From Terriglobia bacterium (GTDB lineage: Bacteria > Acidobacteriota > Terriglobia > Acidiferrales > UBA7541), in contig OY968796.1 in assembly GCA_963695545.1 (NCBI GenBank), forward strand, positions 1,152,001 through 1,216,000: DNA of 64,000 nt, read 5' to 3'. The notes under the pieces were generated by a model that did no database searches, had not been told where the DNA came from, and saw only the letters and a program-made list of their open reading frames with translations. Of the stretch, positions 1-11,800 are shown piece after piece. Both the position numbers and the translations under genes were made by a program. Numbering within the stretch: position 1 is the first letter of the stretch; each line of letters starts with the position of its first letter.

Positions 1-156
1 ATTTTCTTTCGCCGAGTTTACGCCGCCCGCCAGCGCAATCATCCGCAACGCCGGCGGGAGCAGCGGGCGCGATCGCTCCAGCGAGCGCGCCGCACAATTG
101 AATGAGTTCGCGCGCGAGCCCAACGCATCCGGATTGCAACCGCGGAACAGACAAAT

Positions 157-185
157 TTGAGATTGACGAGCGAGCCGCATACACT
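157..185 (+). promoter_or_regulatory. Putative sigma70-type promoter of the TldD/TldE-like pair
   Basis: TTGAGA(157-162)-17 nt-TACACT(180-185). Confidence 0.35.
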
Positions 186-239
186 GGTTATCTGAACTGT
201 TATGACATCTCGCAAAACCTGGTCAGTTGAGGGAGTCCC

Positions 240-2021
240 TTGTTGAAACTTTGCCTGAAGACAATTTCATCCGCACTTCTCTATTCGCTATGCGCATTGC
301 TACTTTCGCCGGGTGTAGCGCTTGCCGGCGGAACGGCCCCGAATCGCAGCGCCAAATTGCAAGGCGCCGCCACGCCGCAGGCCGCACCGGCGCCGGCCAT
401 TGCGGCGATGAGCGAAGAGCTCGCTCGGGAAATGCCCATTTTGAGCCAGGCCGATCCGCCAGCGTATTTCATCCGCTACACACTGACCTCGAGCGACCGG
501 ATGGAAGTTTCGGGATCGAACGGGGCGCTGCTTTCAAGCGATCACAATCTTTCCCGGTGGCTTGAAGCGCAAGTGCGCGTAGGGAGCTACACGCTGGACA
601 ACACGCATCAGGTGGGCAACGCGCCGCCAGCGGAGCCCGCGAGCTACGGAAGATCGGCGCCTGTGGAGAACGATCCCGCGGTGCTGAAGCGCGAGGTGTG
701 GGCCGAGACGCAGAAGCAATACCGCTCCGCCGCCGAATCGTTCATCAAGATCGAGACCAGCAAGGAAGTGCAAGCCCAGGCGGCCGAAGGCGCGGCGCCG
801 GATTTTTCGCACGAAGATGCGCACGTTTCTTACGGGCCGGAGGTTGCGCTGCAATTCGACCGCACGCCGTGGGAAGCCAAAGTGCGGCTGTACACCAAGA
901 CGTTTCGAGAATCGCCGCAGATTTTGAATTCGATCGCGACGTTTACGGCCGATGCTGAAAACGAATACCAAGTTTCAAGCGAAGGCAGCCGGTTGCAGTT
1001 CGGAAATATCCGTTATCGTCTGGAGTTGTTCATTCAAGGAAAGGCGCCGGACGGGATGGACATCGATCGCTACTACAATTTCGATTGGACCGATCCTGCC
1101 GAGGCGCCGAGCGACGCGACAGTGCTGGCCGAGTGCGCGGCGCTGCGCAAGGAGCTGGAAGCGCTGGTGGTGGCGCCACTGGTGGAACCGTTTGAAGGGC
1201 CCGCGCTTCTTACCGGACGAGCCGCCGCGGTTTATTTCCACGAAGTGTTCGGCCATCGCGACGAAGGGTTTCGCCAAAAGGATGTAAACGAAGGCCAAAC
1301 GTTCGCGAAAATGGTCGGCCAGCCTCTGCTGCCGGATTTCATTTCCATCTACGACGACCCCACGACGCATCGAATCGGCTCGACCGTGCTGTTGGGAGAT
1401 TATCCGTTCGACGACGAAGGAGTTCCTTCCGAACGAGTGACGCTGGTGGATCACGGCGTGCTGAAGAACTTCGAGATGTCGCGCCAGCCGATATTGGGTT
1501 TTCTGCACTCGAACGGACACGGACGGCGGCAGATCGGCTATCAGCCGGTTTCGCGGCAAGGCAACCTGATCGTGGAGAGCAGCCACGCGGTGTCGAACGT
1601 GGAATTGCGCCGGATGTTTATCGACGAGATTCGCAAGCAAGGCAAACCCTTCGGTCTTTTGATCGACGACATCGAGGGCGGATTCACGATGACGGGGCGC
1701 GGCCAACCACAGGCATTTCAGGTGACGCCGCTGGTGGTTTACAAAGTGTTCGCGGACGGCCGGCCGGACGAGATGGTGCGCGGCGTGGACATCGTGGGAA
1801 CGCCGCTGACTTCGCTCACGAAAATCAAGGCCACCGGCGACACGCCGGAGGTCTTCAACGGATATTGCGGCGCGGAATCGGGCTCGATTCCGGTGGCCGC
1901 GGTATCGCCGGCGATCCTGATCTCCGAATTGGAAGTGCAAAAGAAAGAAACGGCCACGGACCGCCCGCCGATTTTGCCTCCGCCGGCGCACGACCCGGAA
2001 GCAAAGGGAGGCCAGCGATGA
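240..2021 (+). CDS. TldD/PmbA-family metallopeptidase (catalytic TldD-like subunit) with signal peptide
   Basis: FHEVFGH (HExxGH) zinc motif, YPFDDEGV, SNGHGR, C-terminal GYCG; hydrophobic N-terminus ending in ALA. Confidence 0.85.
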   Translation: MLKLCLKTISSALLYSLCALLLSPGVALAGGTAPNRSAKLQGAATPQAAPAPAIAAMSEELAREMPILSQADPPAYFIRYTLTSSDRMEVSGSNGALLSSDHNLSRWLEAQVRVGSYTLDNTHQVGNAPPAEPASYGRSAPVENDPAVLKREVWAETQKQYRSAAESFIKIETSKEVQAQAAEGAAPDFSHEDAHVSYGPEVALQFDRTPWEAKVRLYTKTFRESPQILNSIATFTADAENEYQVSSEGSRLQFGNIRYRLELFIQGKAPDGMDIDRYYNFDWTDPAEAPSDATVLAECAALRKELEALVVAPLVEPFEGPALLTGRAAAVYFHEVFGHRDEGFRQKDVNEGQTFAKMVGQPLLPDFISIYDDPTTHRIGSTVLLGDYPFDDEGVPSERVTLVDHGVLKNFEMSRQPILGFLHSNGHGRRQIGYQPVSRQGNLIVESSHAVSNVELRRMFIDEIRKQGKPFGLLIDDIEGGFTMTGRGQPQAFQVTPLVVYKVFADGRPDEMVRGVDIVGTPLTSLTKIKATGDTPEVFNGYCGAESGSIPVAAVSPAILISELEVQKKETATDRPPILPPPAHDPEAKGGQR

Positions 2022-3916
2022 GAGGCTCGATGCGTTCGATCCAAGTAACGGCGGCGGTTTGCGCGCTGTTTTTTCTGGGCGCTTCCGGAAGGACGCTGCG
2101 CGCGGCGCCGGTGCATAAGGCGGTTCCAGCGCGAAAGACCGCGGCACCGGCGGCGCAGAAGCCAGCGCCGCCAGATCTGGTTGACCACACGCTCGATTCC
2201 ATGCGCGATGAGATGGCGCGCTCGCGCGCGCGCCTGGCCATTTCGATCTCCGATGGAACACCGCCGGTCAAGCCCTACTACATCGAATACCGCTTGCTCG
2301 ATGTGGACGAGCGAACGATTACGGCGGAGTTTGGCGCATTAATTTCTTCCACTTCGACACGCAATCGCTTGATGAGCGTGGACGTGCGCGTGGGGAATTA
2401 TCAGGTGGACAGCTCGAACTTCATCGGCAGCGAAGGATTCAGCGGCTTCCTGGGGTCGACCGGCGAAGTGGGCATCGATCACGATTACGATTCGCTGCGC
2501 GAAGATTTGTGGCTGGCCACCGATCAGGCTTACAAAGAGGCGCTCGAGGATCTTTCCAAGAAGCAGGCGTTTTTGAATCGTCTGGCGAACGCGCCGACCA
2601 TCGCGGATTTTTCGCAGGAGCCCACGACCAACGACGTGGAGCCGCTCGAGCAGCCGGATTGGACCACGCGCGACTGGGAAGCGGAGGCTAAGAGCGCGTC
2701 CGCGGCGCTGCGCGCGTTCCCACAGATTTACGGCTCACGCGTAACCTACCGGCTGATCTTCACCACGACGTACTTGATGACCAGCGAAGGAACCGTGATG
2801 CGCACAAACCGATCGCTTGCGGCGATTGAGGCGAGCATGACGGGCGAAGCCGACGACGGCACGGGCGTGCACAACTTCTACGCCACCTACGCCAACACCG
2901 CCGGCGAATTGCCGACGGCGGACGCGGTGCACGACGCGCTGCTGAAGGCTGCGCAGCAACTTGTCGCGCTGCGCGATGCGCCCCCGATGCCGGATTACGA
3001 AGGGCCGATCCTTTTCGATGACACAGCTTCGGGTTCGCTGCTGGCGCAGGTACTCGGGCCATCGCTTTCCGGGGCGCGCGGGCCGGTTTCGATGGTGCCC
3101 GCGTACGACGAAATGATGGAGCGGCTGGGCGGCATAGGCGATTGGACTGGAAGGCCTGGATCGCGCGTGCTGCCGGCGAGCGTGACTCTGGTGGACGACC
3201 CGACCGCGAAACAGTGGAACGGACAGGATCTGATCGGCGCGTACGACGTGGACGAAGAGGGTGTGAAGGCCCAAAAGGTCACGGTGGTGGACGACGGGAT
3301 TCTGCGGCAACTATTGATGTCGCGGCGGCCTGGTCCGGATTTCGATCACTCGAACGGGCACGGGCGGTCTACATTTCTGGGCGATCCGCGGCCGATGCTG
3401 AGCAATTTATTTTTCTCCTCGAGCGACGGGACGCCGGCGGCGGAGCTGAAGCAGAAATTTCTGGATGCCTGCAAACAGGATGGGCAGAGCTGGTGCCTCG
3501 AAGTGCGGCGAATGGACAATCCGGTGCTGGCGATTGGCGAGCAGGACGATATGTCAGACCTGATCGCACTTGCGGCGTCGGGCGCAGCCACGGGCGACCG
3601 GATGCCGTTGCTGGTGTATCGCGTGTACGTCTCCGATGGACACGAAGAGTTGATGCGTGGCGCGCGACTGACGGGACTAACGATCAAAGCGCTGCGAAAT
3701 CTCGAGGGAATCGGGAGCGACCCGGCGCTGTTTTCGTTTGCGCAGAACCAGATCGAAGGGTTCAGCGGCACGGCGCTGGCGGCGTTTGGCAGCGCCGATG
3801 GCGGCGTGCCCAGCGCGGTGATCGCGCCTTCGCTGCTCTTCGACGACGTGGAAGTGCACGGGCCGCGCGGCGAGCCCGAACGCATGCCATTGGTGCCTCC
3901 ACCGCCGATCGACTGA
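2018..3916 (+). CDS. TldE/PmbA-like non-catalytic partner with signal peptide
   Basis: ATGA overlap with the upstream gene; YDVDEEGV and SNGHGR motifs but no HExxH. Confidence 0.8.
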   Translation: MRGSMRSIQVTAAVCALFFLGASGRTLRAAPVHKAVPARKTAAPAAQKPAPPDLVDHTLDSMRDEMARSRARLAISISDGTPPVKPYYIEYRLLDVDERTITAEFGALISSTSTRNRLMSVDVRVGNYQVDSSNFIGSEGFSGFLGSTGEVGIDHDYDSLREDLWLATDQAYKEALEDLSKKQAFLNRLANAPTIADFSQEPTTNDVEPLEQPDWTTRDWEAEAKSASAALRAFPQIYGSRVTYRLIFTTTYLMTSEGTVMRTNRSLAAIEASMTGEADDGTGVHNFYATYANTAGELPTADAVHDALLKAAQQLVALRDAPPMPDYEGPILFDDTASGSLLAQVLGPSLSGARGPVSMVPAYDEMMERLGGIGDWTGRPGSRVLPASVTLVDDPTAKQWNGQDLIGAYDVDEEGVKAQKVTVVDDGILRQLLMSRRPGPDFDHSNGHGRSTFLGDPRPMLSNLFFSSSDGTPAAELKQKFLDACKQDGQSWCLEVRRMDNPVLAIGEQDDMSDLIALAASGAATGDRMPLLVYRVYVSDGHEELMRGARLTGLTIKALRNLEGIGSDPALFSFAQNQIEGFSGTALAAFGSADGGVPSAVIAPSLLFDDVEVHGPRGEPERMPLVPPPPID

Positions 3917-4051
3917 GCGCTTCGCCCGCCAGGAGCGGGCGAGTGTTCGCGATCGATCTTCGGGAAGCTGCTGCGCCCGTCCCTCCGCCCATGGCGGTGC
4001 CGACGGGCGCAGCCATTTCAACCGATTCTTCCGAGCGTATAATCAACGCGC

Positions 4052-5515
4052 ATGAGCAGCGCCGACGAATTTTTCGACAATTTACGGCGGCAGACGGTAG
4101 TGGGGCATTCCGCCAAGCAGAAGGCGGCGCTGGGCTCGGTGGGCTCGGCGTTGGTGCTGGTGTCGATCAAGATTGTGCTGTCGGTGATGACGCACAGTTT
4201 GGGAGTTCTCTCCGAAGCGCTGCACTCGTGCCTTGATCTGATCGCCGCGATTCTCACCTATCTATCCGTGCGCGTCTCGGATCTGCCGGCCGATTCGAGC
4301 CATCTTTACGGGCACGGCAAAGTCGAAAATTTTTCGGCGTTCGTCGAAACTGGCTTGCTGCTGCTGACAGCCGTGTACGTGATCTACGAAGCGTTTCGCC
4401 GCCTGTTCTTCCAGCACGTGGAAATCGAGCCGAGCCTTCTGGCGATCGCGGGGCTTGGGGTGGCCGTGGTGGTGGACGTGCTGCGCTCGCGCATGCTGAC
4501 GCGCGTTGCGAAGCTATATCGAAGCGACGCACTTGAAGCCGACGCGCTGCATTTTTCAACCGACGTGTGGAGCACGCTCGTGGTGATGCTGGGGATGTCG
4601 GCGGTATGGCTGGGGCGTTATACGGGAATTAGCTGGCTGCGCTACGCGGACCCCATCGCGGCGCTGGCCGTGGCGGCGGTGATCATCTGGGTGGGATCGC
4701 AGCTGGGGCGGCGCACGCTCGACGCGCTGCTCGATGCCGCGCCGGCGGGACTGCAGGAGCGACTGGCGGCGGAAATTGATCGGATCGACGGCGTGCTGGG
4801 AACCGAGCGCGTGCGCGTGCGGCGCTCGGGCAACCGCCACTTCGTGGACGTGACCATTGGCGTGCCGCGCACGGCCACGTTCGAGCACGTGCATGAAATA
4901 AGCGATTCGGTGGAGCGGCGCGTGGCGGAAATTATTCCCGCCGACGTGATGGTGCACATGGAACCGCGCGCGGCGCGCAACGAACATTTGTTCGACGCCA
5001 TCCGCGACATCGCCGACCGCCGCAGCTTGCCGATCCACGAACTTTCCGCTCACCAGCTCGATGGGCGGCTGCTGATCGAATTGCATCTGGAGGTCGATGA
5101 GGAATCCACGCTGCGCGAAGCGCATCGGCACGCGAGCGAGCTCGAAGAAGAAATCAGCAACCTGCCCGCCGCTTCCCAAAGCGGCCCGGCGCAGGTGATC
5201 GTGCACATCGAGCCGCTGGGCACGCACATCCCCGCCGCGGATTCGAGCATGGGCGAAATGAAGGAACTGGCGCGCGCGATCGAAGCGTACATCAACACGC
5301 TCATCGGCGAATACCACGAGTTGGTGGACTGCCACGAGGTGCACGCGCGCCGCGTAGAGAACAAAATTCTGGTGGCGTGCCACTGCGCCATGGATGGCAA
5401 CCTTCCGATCACCGAGATTCACGACGCCACGGCGGCGCTTGAAGACCGCGTGAAAGAAAAATTTCCGCAAATTTTTCGCGTGAGCATTCACCCCGAGCCG
5501 GTTGAAGAACGTTGA
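4052..5515 (+). CDS. Cation diffusion facilitator (CDF) transporter with repeated C-terminal dimerization domains
   Basis: SEALHSCLD, HLYGHGKVE, ADALHFSTD, three xHxEP-ending C-terminal domains. Confidence 0.9.
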   Translation: MSSADEFFDNLRRQTVVGHSAKQKAALGSVGSALVLVSIKIVLSVMTHSLGVLSEALHSCLDLIAAILTYLSVRVSDLPADSSHLYGHGKVENFSAFVETGLLLLTAVYVIYEAFRRLFFQHVEIEPSLLAIAGLGVAVVVDVLRSRMLTRVAKLYRSDALEADALHFSTDVWSTLVVMLGMSAVWLGRYTGISWLRYADPIAALAVAAVIIWVGSQLGRRTLDALLDAAPAGLQERLAAEIDRIDGVLGTERVRVRRSGNRHFVDVTIGVPRTATFEHVHEISDSVERRVAEIIPADVMVHMEPRAARNEHLFDAIRDIADRRSLPIHELSAHQLDGRLLIELHLEVDEESTLREAHRHASELEEEISNLPAASQSGPAQVIVHIEPLGTHIPAADSSMGEMKELARAIEAYINTLIGEYHELVDCHEVHARRVENKILVACHCAMDGNLPITEIHDATAALEDRVKEKFPQIFRVSIHPEPVEER

Positions 5516-7026
5516 CGAGCGCTGATGCCGCGAATCCCGTGAAATCTTCGTGGTCATATCGCTGGGCGTGGATTGCGGCGATAGCGACGGCGCTCGCGCT
5601 GCGGATTCTTTTTGCATTCACGACCAACCCCGCTACGGGCGATGGCCCGATCTATCAGGAACTGGCGAAAAACTGGCCCAGCAGCCGAATCTACGGACTG
5701 GTTCTGGGACAGGGCGCGCCAACGCCGGTGGATATCCGCATGCCGGGATATCCATTTTTCCTAGCCACGATCTCGCGTCTATTCGGAGGCGGGCTGCGGC
5801 CCCCGATGCTGATTCAGGCATTCGTGGACGTCGGAACGTGTTTGCTGGCGGCGATTTTGGCGGCGTGGCTTGTGCCCGCGGAGTGGCGGAAGCGGACCGC
5901 GCTCGCGGCGATGTGGCTGGCCGCAGTGTGCCCGTTCCTTGCGAATTACAGCGCGGTGGTTTTGACCGAAGTGCTGGCCACGTTTTGTACGGCGGCGGCT
6001 CTGGTGGCGCTGACGGCGGCGTGCGCGGGAAGTGAGCAATTGACGTGGGGGTCCGCGGCGGACGCGGCGGGGGAGCCTTCGTCGCGCAGCAGGATCAGCG
6101 CGTTCCTTCTCAATCGATGGTTCCTCGGTGGACTGGCTGTTGGATTCGGGACGCTGGTTAGACCAGAAACCCCGCTGCTACTGGTTGCGTTGGCATTGCT
6201 TCTGATTTGGCGGTGGCGGCGCGTGGCGGATTGGGGGAAGCTCGCGCGCGCGGGCGCGCTGACCGCCGCGGGTCTCGTGTTGCCTTTGATTCCGTGGGTC
6301 GCGCGCAACGCGATCACGCTTCACGAGTTTCAACCGTTGGCGCCTCGCTACGCGCAAATGCCCGGCGAATTTGTGCCGAGGGGATTTATGGCGTGGACGC
6401 GAACCTGGCTGGTGCGCTACCGCGACGTGTACCTGACGCCGTGGAATCTGGGCGAGCAACCGCTGAATATTTCCGATCTGCCGGCGTCGGCCTTCGATTC
6501 CGACGCGGAACGCGCGCGCGTTCAGGAACTCTACGATGAATATGACAACAACTGCTGCGATTTCACACCGGAATGGGACGCGCAATTCGGGGCGCTGGCG
6601 CGCGAGCGCGCGGCGCGGCATCCATTGCGGACCTATTTCGAGATTCCGATTGGGCGAGTGTTCACGCTGTGGTTGACGCCGCGCATCGAGCTCTCGAATT
6701 ATTCCGGCCGGTTGTGGCCGCTGCGGGAGCAGTTTCGTTTGGATCCGGAAGATTTCGGCGTGACCGTTCTGGCGGGCGCGATCGGGATATTCTATGTCGC
6801 GCTGGCGATTGCAGGAGTGTGTTGCGCGTTTGCGCGCCGCGCTGAGTGGCCATCATCGCGGCGCTGGGCGATCGGATTCCTGGTTTTATTCTGCGTCGTG
6901 CGGACAATTTATTTCACGCGCGTGGAGACGCCCGAGCCGCGATACATGCTCGAATGCTTTCCGGCGGTATTTGCGCTGGGAGCTTTGTTCTTCGCCCGCT
7001 CCAAGAAAACCGCAGCGTTGAACTGA
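5512..7026 (+). CDS. GT-C (ArnT/PMT-like, GT39-like) integral membrane glycosyltransferase
   Basis: Multiple TM segments, D-x-x-x-Y, RMPGYP, LTEVL, LVRPE, EPRY. Confidence 0.7.
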   Translation: MTSADAANPVKSSWSYRWAWIAAIATALALRILFAFTTNPATGDGPIYQELAKNWPSSRIYGLVLGQGAPTPVDIRMPGYPFFLATISRLFGGGLRPPMLIQAFVDVGTCLLAAILAAWLVPAEWRKRTALAAMWLAAVCPFLANYSAVVLTEVLATFCTAAALVALTAACAGSEQLTWGSAADAAGEPSSRSRISAFLLNRWFLGGLAVGFGTLVRPETPLLLVALALLLIWRWRRVADWGKLARAGALTAAGLVLPLIPWVARNAITLHEFQPLAPRYAQMPGEFVPRGFMAWTRTWLVRYRDVYLTPWNLGEQPLNISDLPASAFDSDAERARVQELYDEYDNNCCDFTPEWDAQFGALARERAARHPLRTYFEIPIGRVFTLWLTPRIELSNYSGRLWPLREQFRLDPEDFGVTVLAGAIGIFYVALAIAGVCCAFARRAEWPSSRRWAIGFLVLFCVVRTIYFTRVETPEPRYMLECFPAVFALGALFFARSKKTAALN

Positions 7027-7157
7027 CCTGGGCCGTGATGGGGCGCTCATCGTTCGCCCGCGTGCCGAACAAGCACTGATGGAATCCTGAGCGACACGCG
7101 CGAGTCGTGCGCGCGCCGCGCTTTTTATGTACAATCCGGGCAAAATCAGCTTCCCTC

Positions 7158-8597
7158 ATGACCCTCATTCGCGACCTGTGGAACCCGGCGACACGAAGAA
7201 ACTTCGCCATCGCGCTGCTACTCGGATTGCTTCTCCGATTATATTTCGTTTTCTACCTGCCGATGTTCGATATCGATACGGTGATGTACGAGGCGCTCGG
7301 GCACAACATTGTGCTGCATCACGCGTACGCTTACCTGAAGGGACAGACGTTGGTTCCCACCGATGTGCGCGTGCCGGGTTATCCGTTGTTTATCAGTGTG
7401 ATCTACATTTTTTTCGGGAATTCGCAGCGCGCCATTCTGGTCGCGCAGGCATTTGTGGATCTGGGAACATGCGTTTTGATCTCGATCCTCGCGGCTTCTC
7501 TAGCGCCTGAACGATCGCGAACGCGCGTAGCGATTGCCGCCGTGTGGCTGGCCGCGACGTGTCCGTTCGTCGCCAACTACACTGCCTCGGCGCTGACGGA
7601 AGTGCTGGCGACATTATTCAGCGCCGCCGCGCTGTTGGTTCTGGTTTGGGCGGATCAGAGCGAACCCGGGCCAGGCGGCGCGGCGCGCAAACCGGGGAGC
7701 TGGCGCCTTTGGTTCTTCGGCGGAGTGATTGTCGGGCTCGGATCGCTGGTGCGGCCCGAGACGCCGATCATGCTCGCGGCGCCCGCGTTGGTGCTGGCCG
7801 TGCGGTGGTGCAAACCCTCTGACTGGGCGCGTCTGGTGCGCACCGGACTCTTGCTCGCGGTGGGGTTGTTGACGCCGCTTCTGCCATGGGCCGCGCGCAA
7901 TTGGATTACGCTTCACGAGGTGCAGTTTCTAACGGCTCGTTACATCGACATGCCGGGTTCCTACATTCCAGTGGGCTTCTATGCATGGACGCATACCTGG
8001 ATGGTGTCGTACGCGGATGTGGACAACGTGCTGAACCGCTTAGAGCACGAGCCGATCAATATTACGGATTTTCCTTCCTACGCTTTCGATTCAGCGGAAG
8101 AACGAACGCGTGTGGAGACGCTTCTGGTGGACCAACATCAGAATTCTTTCGTGTTCTCTCCCGCGGCGGACGCACAATTTGCCGAACTCGCACGCGAGCG
8201 CACCGCGCGAGATCCGCTGAGGACCTATGTGAGTGTGCCCCTCCGCCGCGGACTGACGCTTTGGTTTACGCCGCGGACGGAAATGCTGCCGTACGAGGGC
8301 CAGTGGTGGCCGCCGATCCGTCCGTGGAGTGAGTACGACATGGACTTTGCAGTCGGCTTGCTGTTTACGATGCTGAATTATTTTTACGCGGGACTGGCGC
8401 TAGCCGGCGCATATCTGATGCGAAAGCAGCGCGGAGTCGCGCTACTGGTAGTTTTTATCATCGTGCGCACGGCTTTCATTGCCATCGAGCACTTCACTGT
8501 GGAGCCGCGCTTCGTGCTGCCTTGCGTCCCCGCGGTTCTGGCGCTTGCGGCGCTGGTGTGGGCCAGGCGTTCTCCTGGGGAAATGCACAGCGTTTGA
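7158..8597 (+). CDS. GT-C (ArnT/PMT-like) glycosyltransferase, paralog of the upstream gene
   Basis: RVPGYP, LTEVL, LVRPET, EPRF shared with 5512-7026; ATG at 7158 chosen as start. Confidence 0.7.
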   Translation: MTLIRDLWNPATRRNFAIALLLGLLLRLYFVFYLPMFDIDTVMYEALGHNIVLHHAYAYLKGQTLVPTDVRVPGYPLFISVIYIFFGNSQRAILVAQAFVDLGTCVLISILAASLAPERSRTRVAIAAVWLAATCPFVANYTASALTEVLATLFSAAALLVLVWADQSEPGPGGAARKPGSWRLWFFGGVIVGLGSLVRPETPIMLAAPALVLAVRWCKPSDWARLVRTGLLLAVGLLTPLLPWAARNWITLHEVQFLTARYIDMPGSYIPVGFYAWTHTWMVSYADVDNVLNRLEHEPINITDFPSYAFDSAEERTRVETLLVDQHQNSFVFSPAADAQFAELARERTARDPLRTYVSVPLRRGLTLWFTPRTEMLPYEGQWWPPIRPWSEYDMDFAVGLLFTMLNYFYAGLALAGAYLMRKQRGVALLVVFIIVRTAFIAIEHFTVEPRFVLPCVPAVLALAALVWARRSPGEMHSV

Positions 8598-8879
8598 GCG
8601 GTGGCCGCGACAAAATTGTCGAGCGAAAAAAATCGCGCGTGAAACTGCGCGTGACGGACCAATCGCGCATCCAATGAACATCGCGGTAACTACACCGGGC
8701 GCCGCAATGAGGGCCATTGGGACAGTCATGGCGTCTGCCCGCCGGACAAGCTGCGAGAAGGAAATCGTCGGCGCCCGACGGGATGACTCAACTGCCCGGT
8801 CGGGGTAAAATCACGCGCTAAAGCTGCTTGGAGGGAGACGCGGGCGGAGCTGGGTCGGACCGCTTGCCTTGATTCTCGG

Positions 8880-11800
8880 ATGGAAACGCACAGGCCCATA
8901 TTTTACGACGAACAACGGCGCCGCTGGCGGCGGCTCCGGTGGGCACTCGAGGTCACGGCGCTGGTCTTGGTGCTGGTGCTGATGGTGTTTACGGTGAGCG
9001 TGCTTCACCGCATGACTTTGCCGGGAGAGATGCAGCAACTCGCCGAACGGCCCGGGCTCCGGCCCTTTCTGAGCGCGCAAGCCAGGCCGCGGGCGCCGGC
9101 AAGGCGCGCCGGGCTGCGGCGCCGCGTAAATGCCCTGGGCTCCACGACTCCGCCGGCGAGCTACGATCCGCTGCGCGCAGCGTTTTACGTGTCGTACGAT
9201 CCAACCAGTCTAGCCTCGCTGCAGCGACATTATCGCGATATCGACGTTCTGATCCCGGACACGCTGTACACCGACACGGCCGACGGTAAACTGAACAAGC
9301 AAACCGATCCGAAACTGACGGAGTGGATGCACAGCTCCGGGATCGAAATCCCGATTATGCCGCTGGTGCAGGATACCAACGGGACAATGTGGGACGTGCC
9401 GGGGACGATCGCCATGCTTCGGAATCCCGTCGCGCGGCAAAGTCTGGTGCACCAATTGGTTCAATACGTTGTGGACCAGAACGACCCGGGCCTGGTGGCG
9501 GATTTTGAGGAGATTCCCCCGGCGAGCCAGAAAGATTTCTCAAATTTCATCGGCGAACTCTCGGCCGATCTGCACGGCGCAGGGCTCAAGTTGATGGTCG
9601 CGTTGCCGGCGGGGGATTGGGACTACGACTACGCCGGAATTGCGAAAATGTCGGACGCCATCATCGTGATGGATTACGACCAGTATTCGCAGGATACGGA
9701 GTCAGGACCGATCGCCGCGCAAGATTGGTACGTGGATCGTTTGCAGGCGATCCTGAAGCTCGTGCCCGCGCAGAAAATTGTCGCCGGCGTGGCCAACTAC
9801 GCGTACGACTGGACCGAACCCACCGGAAAAGCCAAGAGGCAACCCGCGACGATCGAAACCTACCAAGGCGCGGTGGTGACCTCTTCGGAATCCGACGCGA
9901 CGATCGACTTCGATTCCGACGCGCTCAATCCGCACTTTTCCTATTACGACGAGCACAATCAGGTGCACAACGTCTGGATGCTCGACGGCGTGACGGCTTA
10001 CAACGAGCTGCGCGCCGCGGAGCGGCTAGGCGTCCAGGGCACGGCACTGTGGAGACTCGGTTCCGAAGACGGATCGCTGTGGACGATCTGGGATGTGACG
10101 CGGCCGGACGATGCGGCGCGCGCGCGTCTGGACGACATACCGTACGGATTCGACCTGATCCTCGAAGGGGAAGGCGATATCTGGAACCAGATCAACACGC
10201 CGCAACAAGGCAGCCGATCGTTCGATTTCGATCCAACGTCGAACCTGATCACCGACGAACACTACGATGTGCTTCCGATGCCTTACCGCATTTTTCAGGT
10301 CGGCGCGAAGCCGAAAGAAATCGCGCTCAGTTTTGACGACGGGCCGGATCCCGTCAACACGCCCAAGATTCTCGACATTCTGAAAGCAAAGCACGCGCCG
10401 GCAACGTTTTTTGTGATTGGCGTGGAGGCGAACAATGCGCTGGACTTACTAAAACGCGAATATAGCGAGGGCCACGAAATCGGCAATCACACCTACACGC
10501 ACCCGGCTTTCACGCCGAACCTTTCGGCTACGCAGATAAAATTGGAATTGAATTTGAACGAACGGCTGCTGGCGAGCACGCTGGGAATCAAGACGCAACT
10601 TTTCCGTCCGCCTTACGGCATCGACCACCAGCCAGAAACCGCGGACGAAGTGGAGATGCTGCCGATTCCGCTTTCGATGGGCTACATGCTTGTGGGCGCA
10701 CAGATCGATCCGCACGATTGGGGCGAAGCGGGCGGGATCGCTCCGCCACCGGCGCAAACCATCGTGGATCGCGTGATGGAGCAGACGCGCGCCGGCCTCG
10801 GGAACATCGTGTTGCTGCACGACGGCGGCGGGGACCGCAGCCACACCATCGCGGCGCTGCCGACGATCATCGACCAACTGCGCGCGGCGGGATACGAATT
10901 GGTGCCGGTGTCGGAACTGGTTGACGAAACGCGCGCCGAAGCCATGCCGCAATTGAATTTCAGGGAGCGCCTGGTGGCGCGCACGGACGGACTGATTTTC
11001 ACGCTGTTCGAGTATTTGCGCGACGGCATCGCGTTCATATTCGTGCTGGGGATTTTCCTGGTCAGCTTGCGCGCGCTGATCATCGGCCTGCTGGCGTTGA
11101 TTGAGAAACTGCGGCCCACGCCGCCGGAGCAACCGGGCTACGCACCGCCGGTGAGCGTGCTGATTCCCGCGTACAACGAAGAATCCGTGATTGTCGGGAC
11201 AGTGCGTTCGGCGCTGGCGAACGATTATTCGCCGCTCGAAGTGATCGTCATCGATGACGGCTCGTCGGACCTCACCGGCGAATTGCTCGATCGCAATTTC
11301 CTGGCCGACTCGCGCGTGCGCATCATTCACCAGCCGAACAGCGGCAAGCCGGCCGCGCTGCGCCGGGCGCTCTCAGAGGCCACAAGCGAAGTGATCGTGA
11401 CCATCGACGCCGATACGCACATCGAGCCAGACGCAGTGCGCCACCTCGTGCGCCATTTCGCCAATCTGCGCGTGGGAGCAGTGGCCGGCAACGTGAAAGT
11501 GGGCAATCGCGATCGCTGGATCACGCGCTGGCAAGCGCTCGAATACGTGACGAGCCAGAACCTCGAAAAGCGCGCATTCGATCTGCTCAATTGCATCCCC
11601 GTGGTTCCGGGAGCGCTGAGCGCATGGCGCACCGAAGCGATTCGCGCGGCGGGAGGCTTCACCGCCGATACCGTGGCCGAAGATACGGATTTGACCATCG
11701 CCATACGCCGCTCGGGCTGGGCGATTCTTTACGACGAAGACGCGATCGGTTGGACCGAAGCGCCGGAGACGCCGGGGCAATTGGTGAGGCAGAGATTCCG

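Noticed and set aside
8598..8879. Possible c-di-GMP or other riboswitch upstream of the polysaccharide synthase fusion
   Set aside because: I could not find the conserved aptamer motifs by eye; a cmscan search would be needed.
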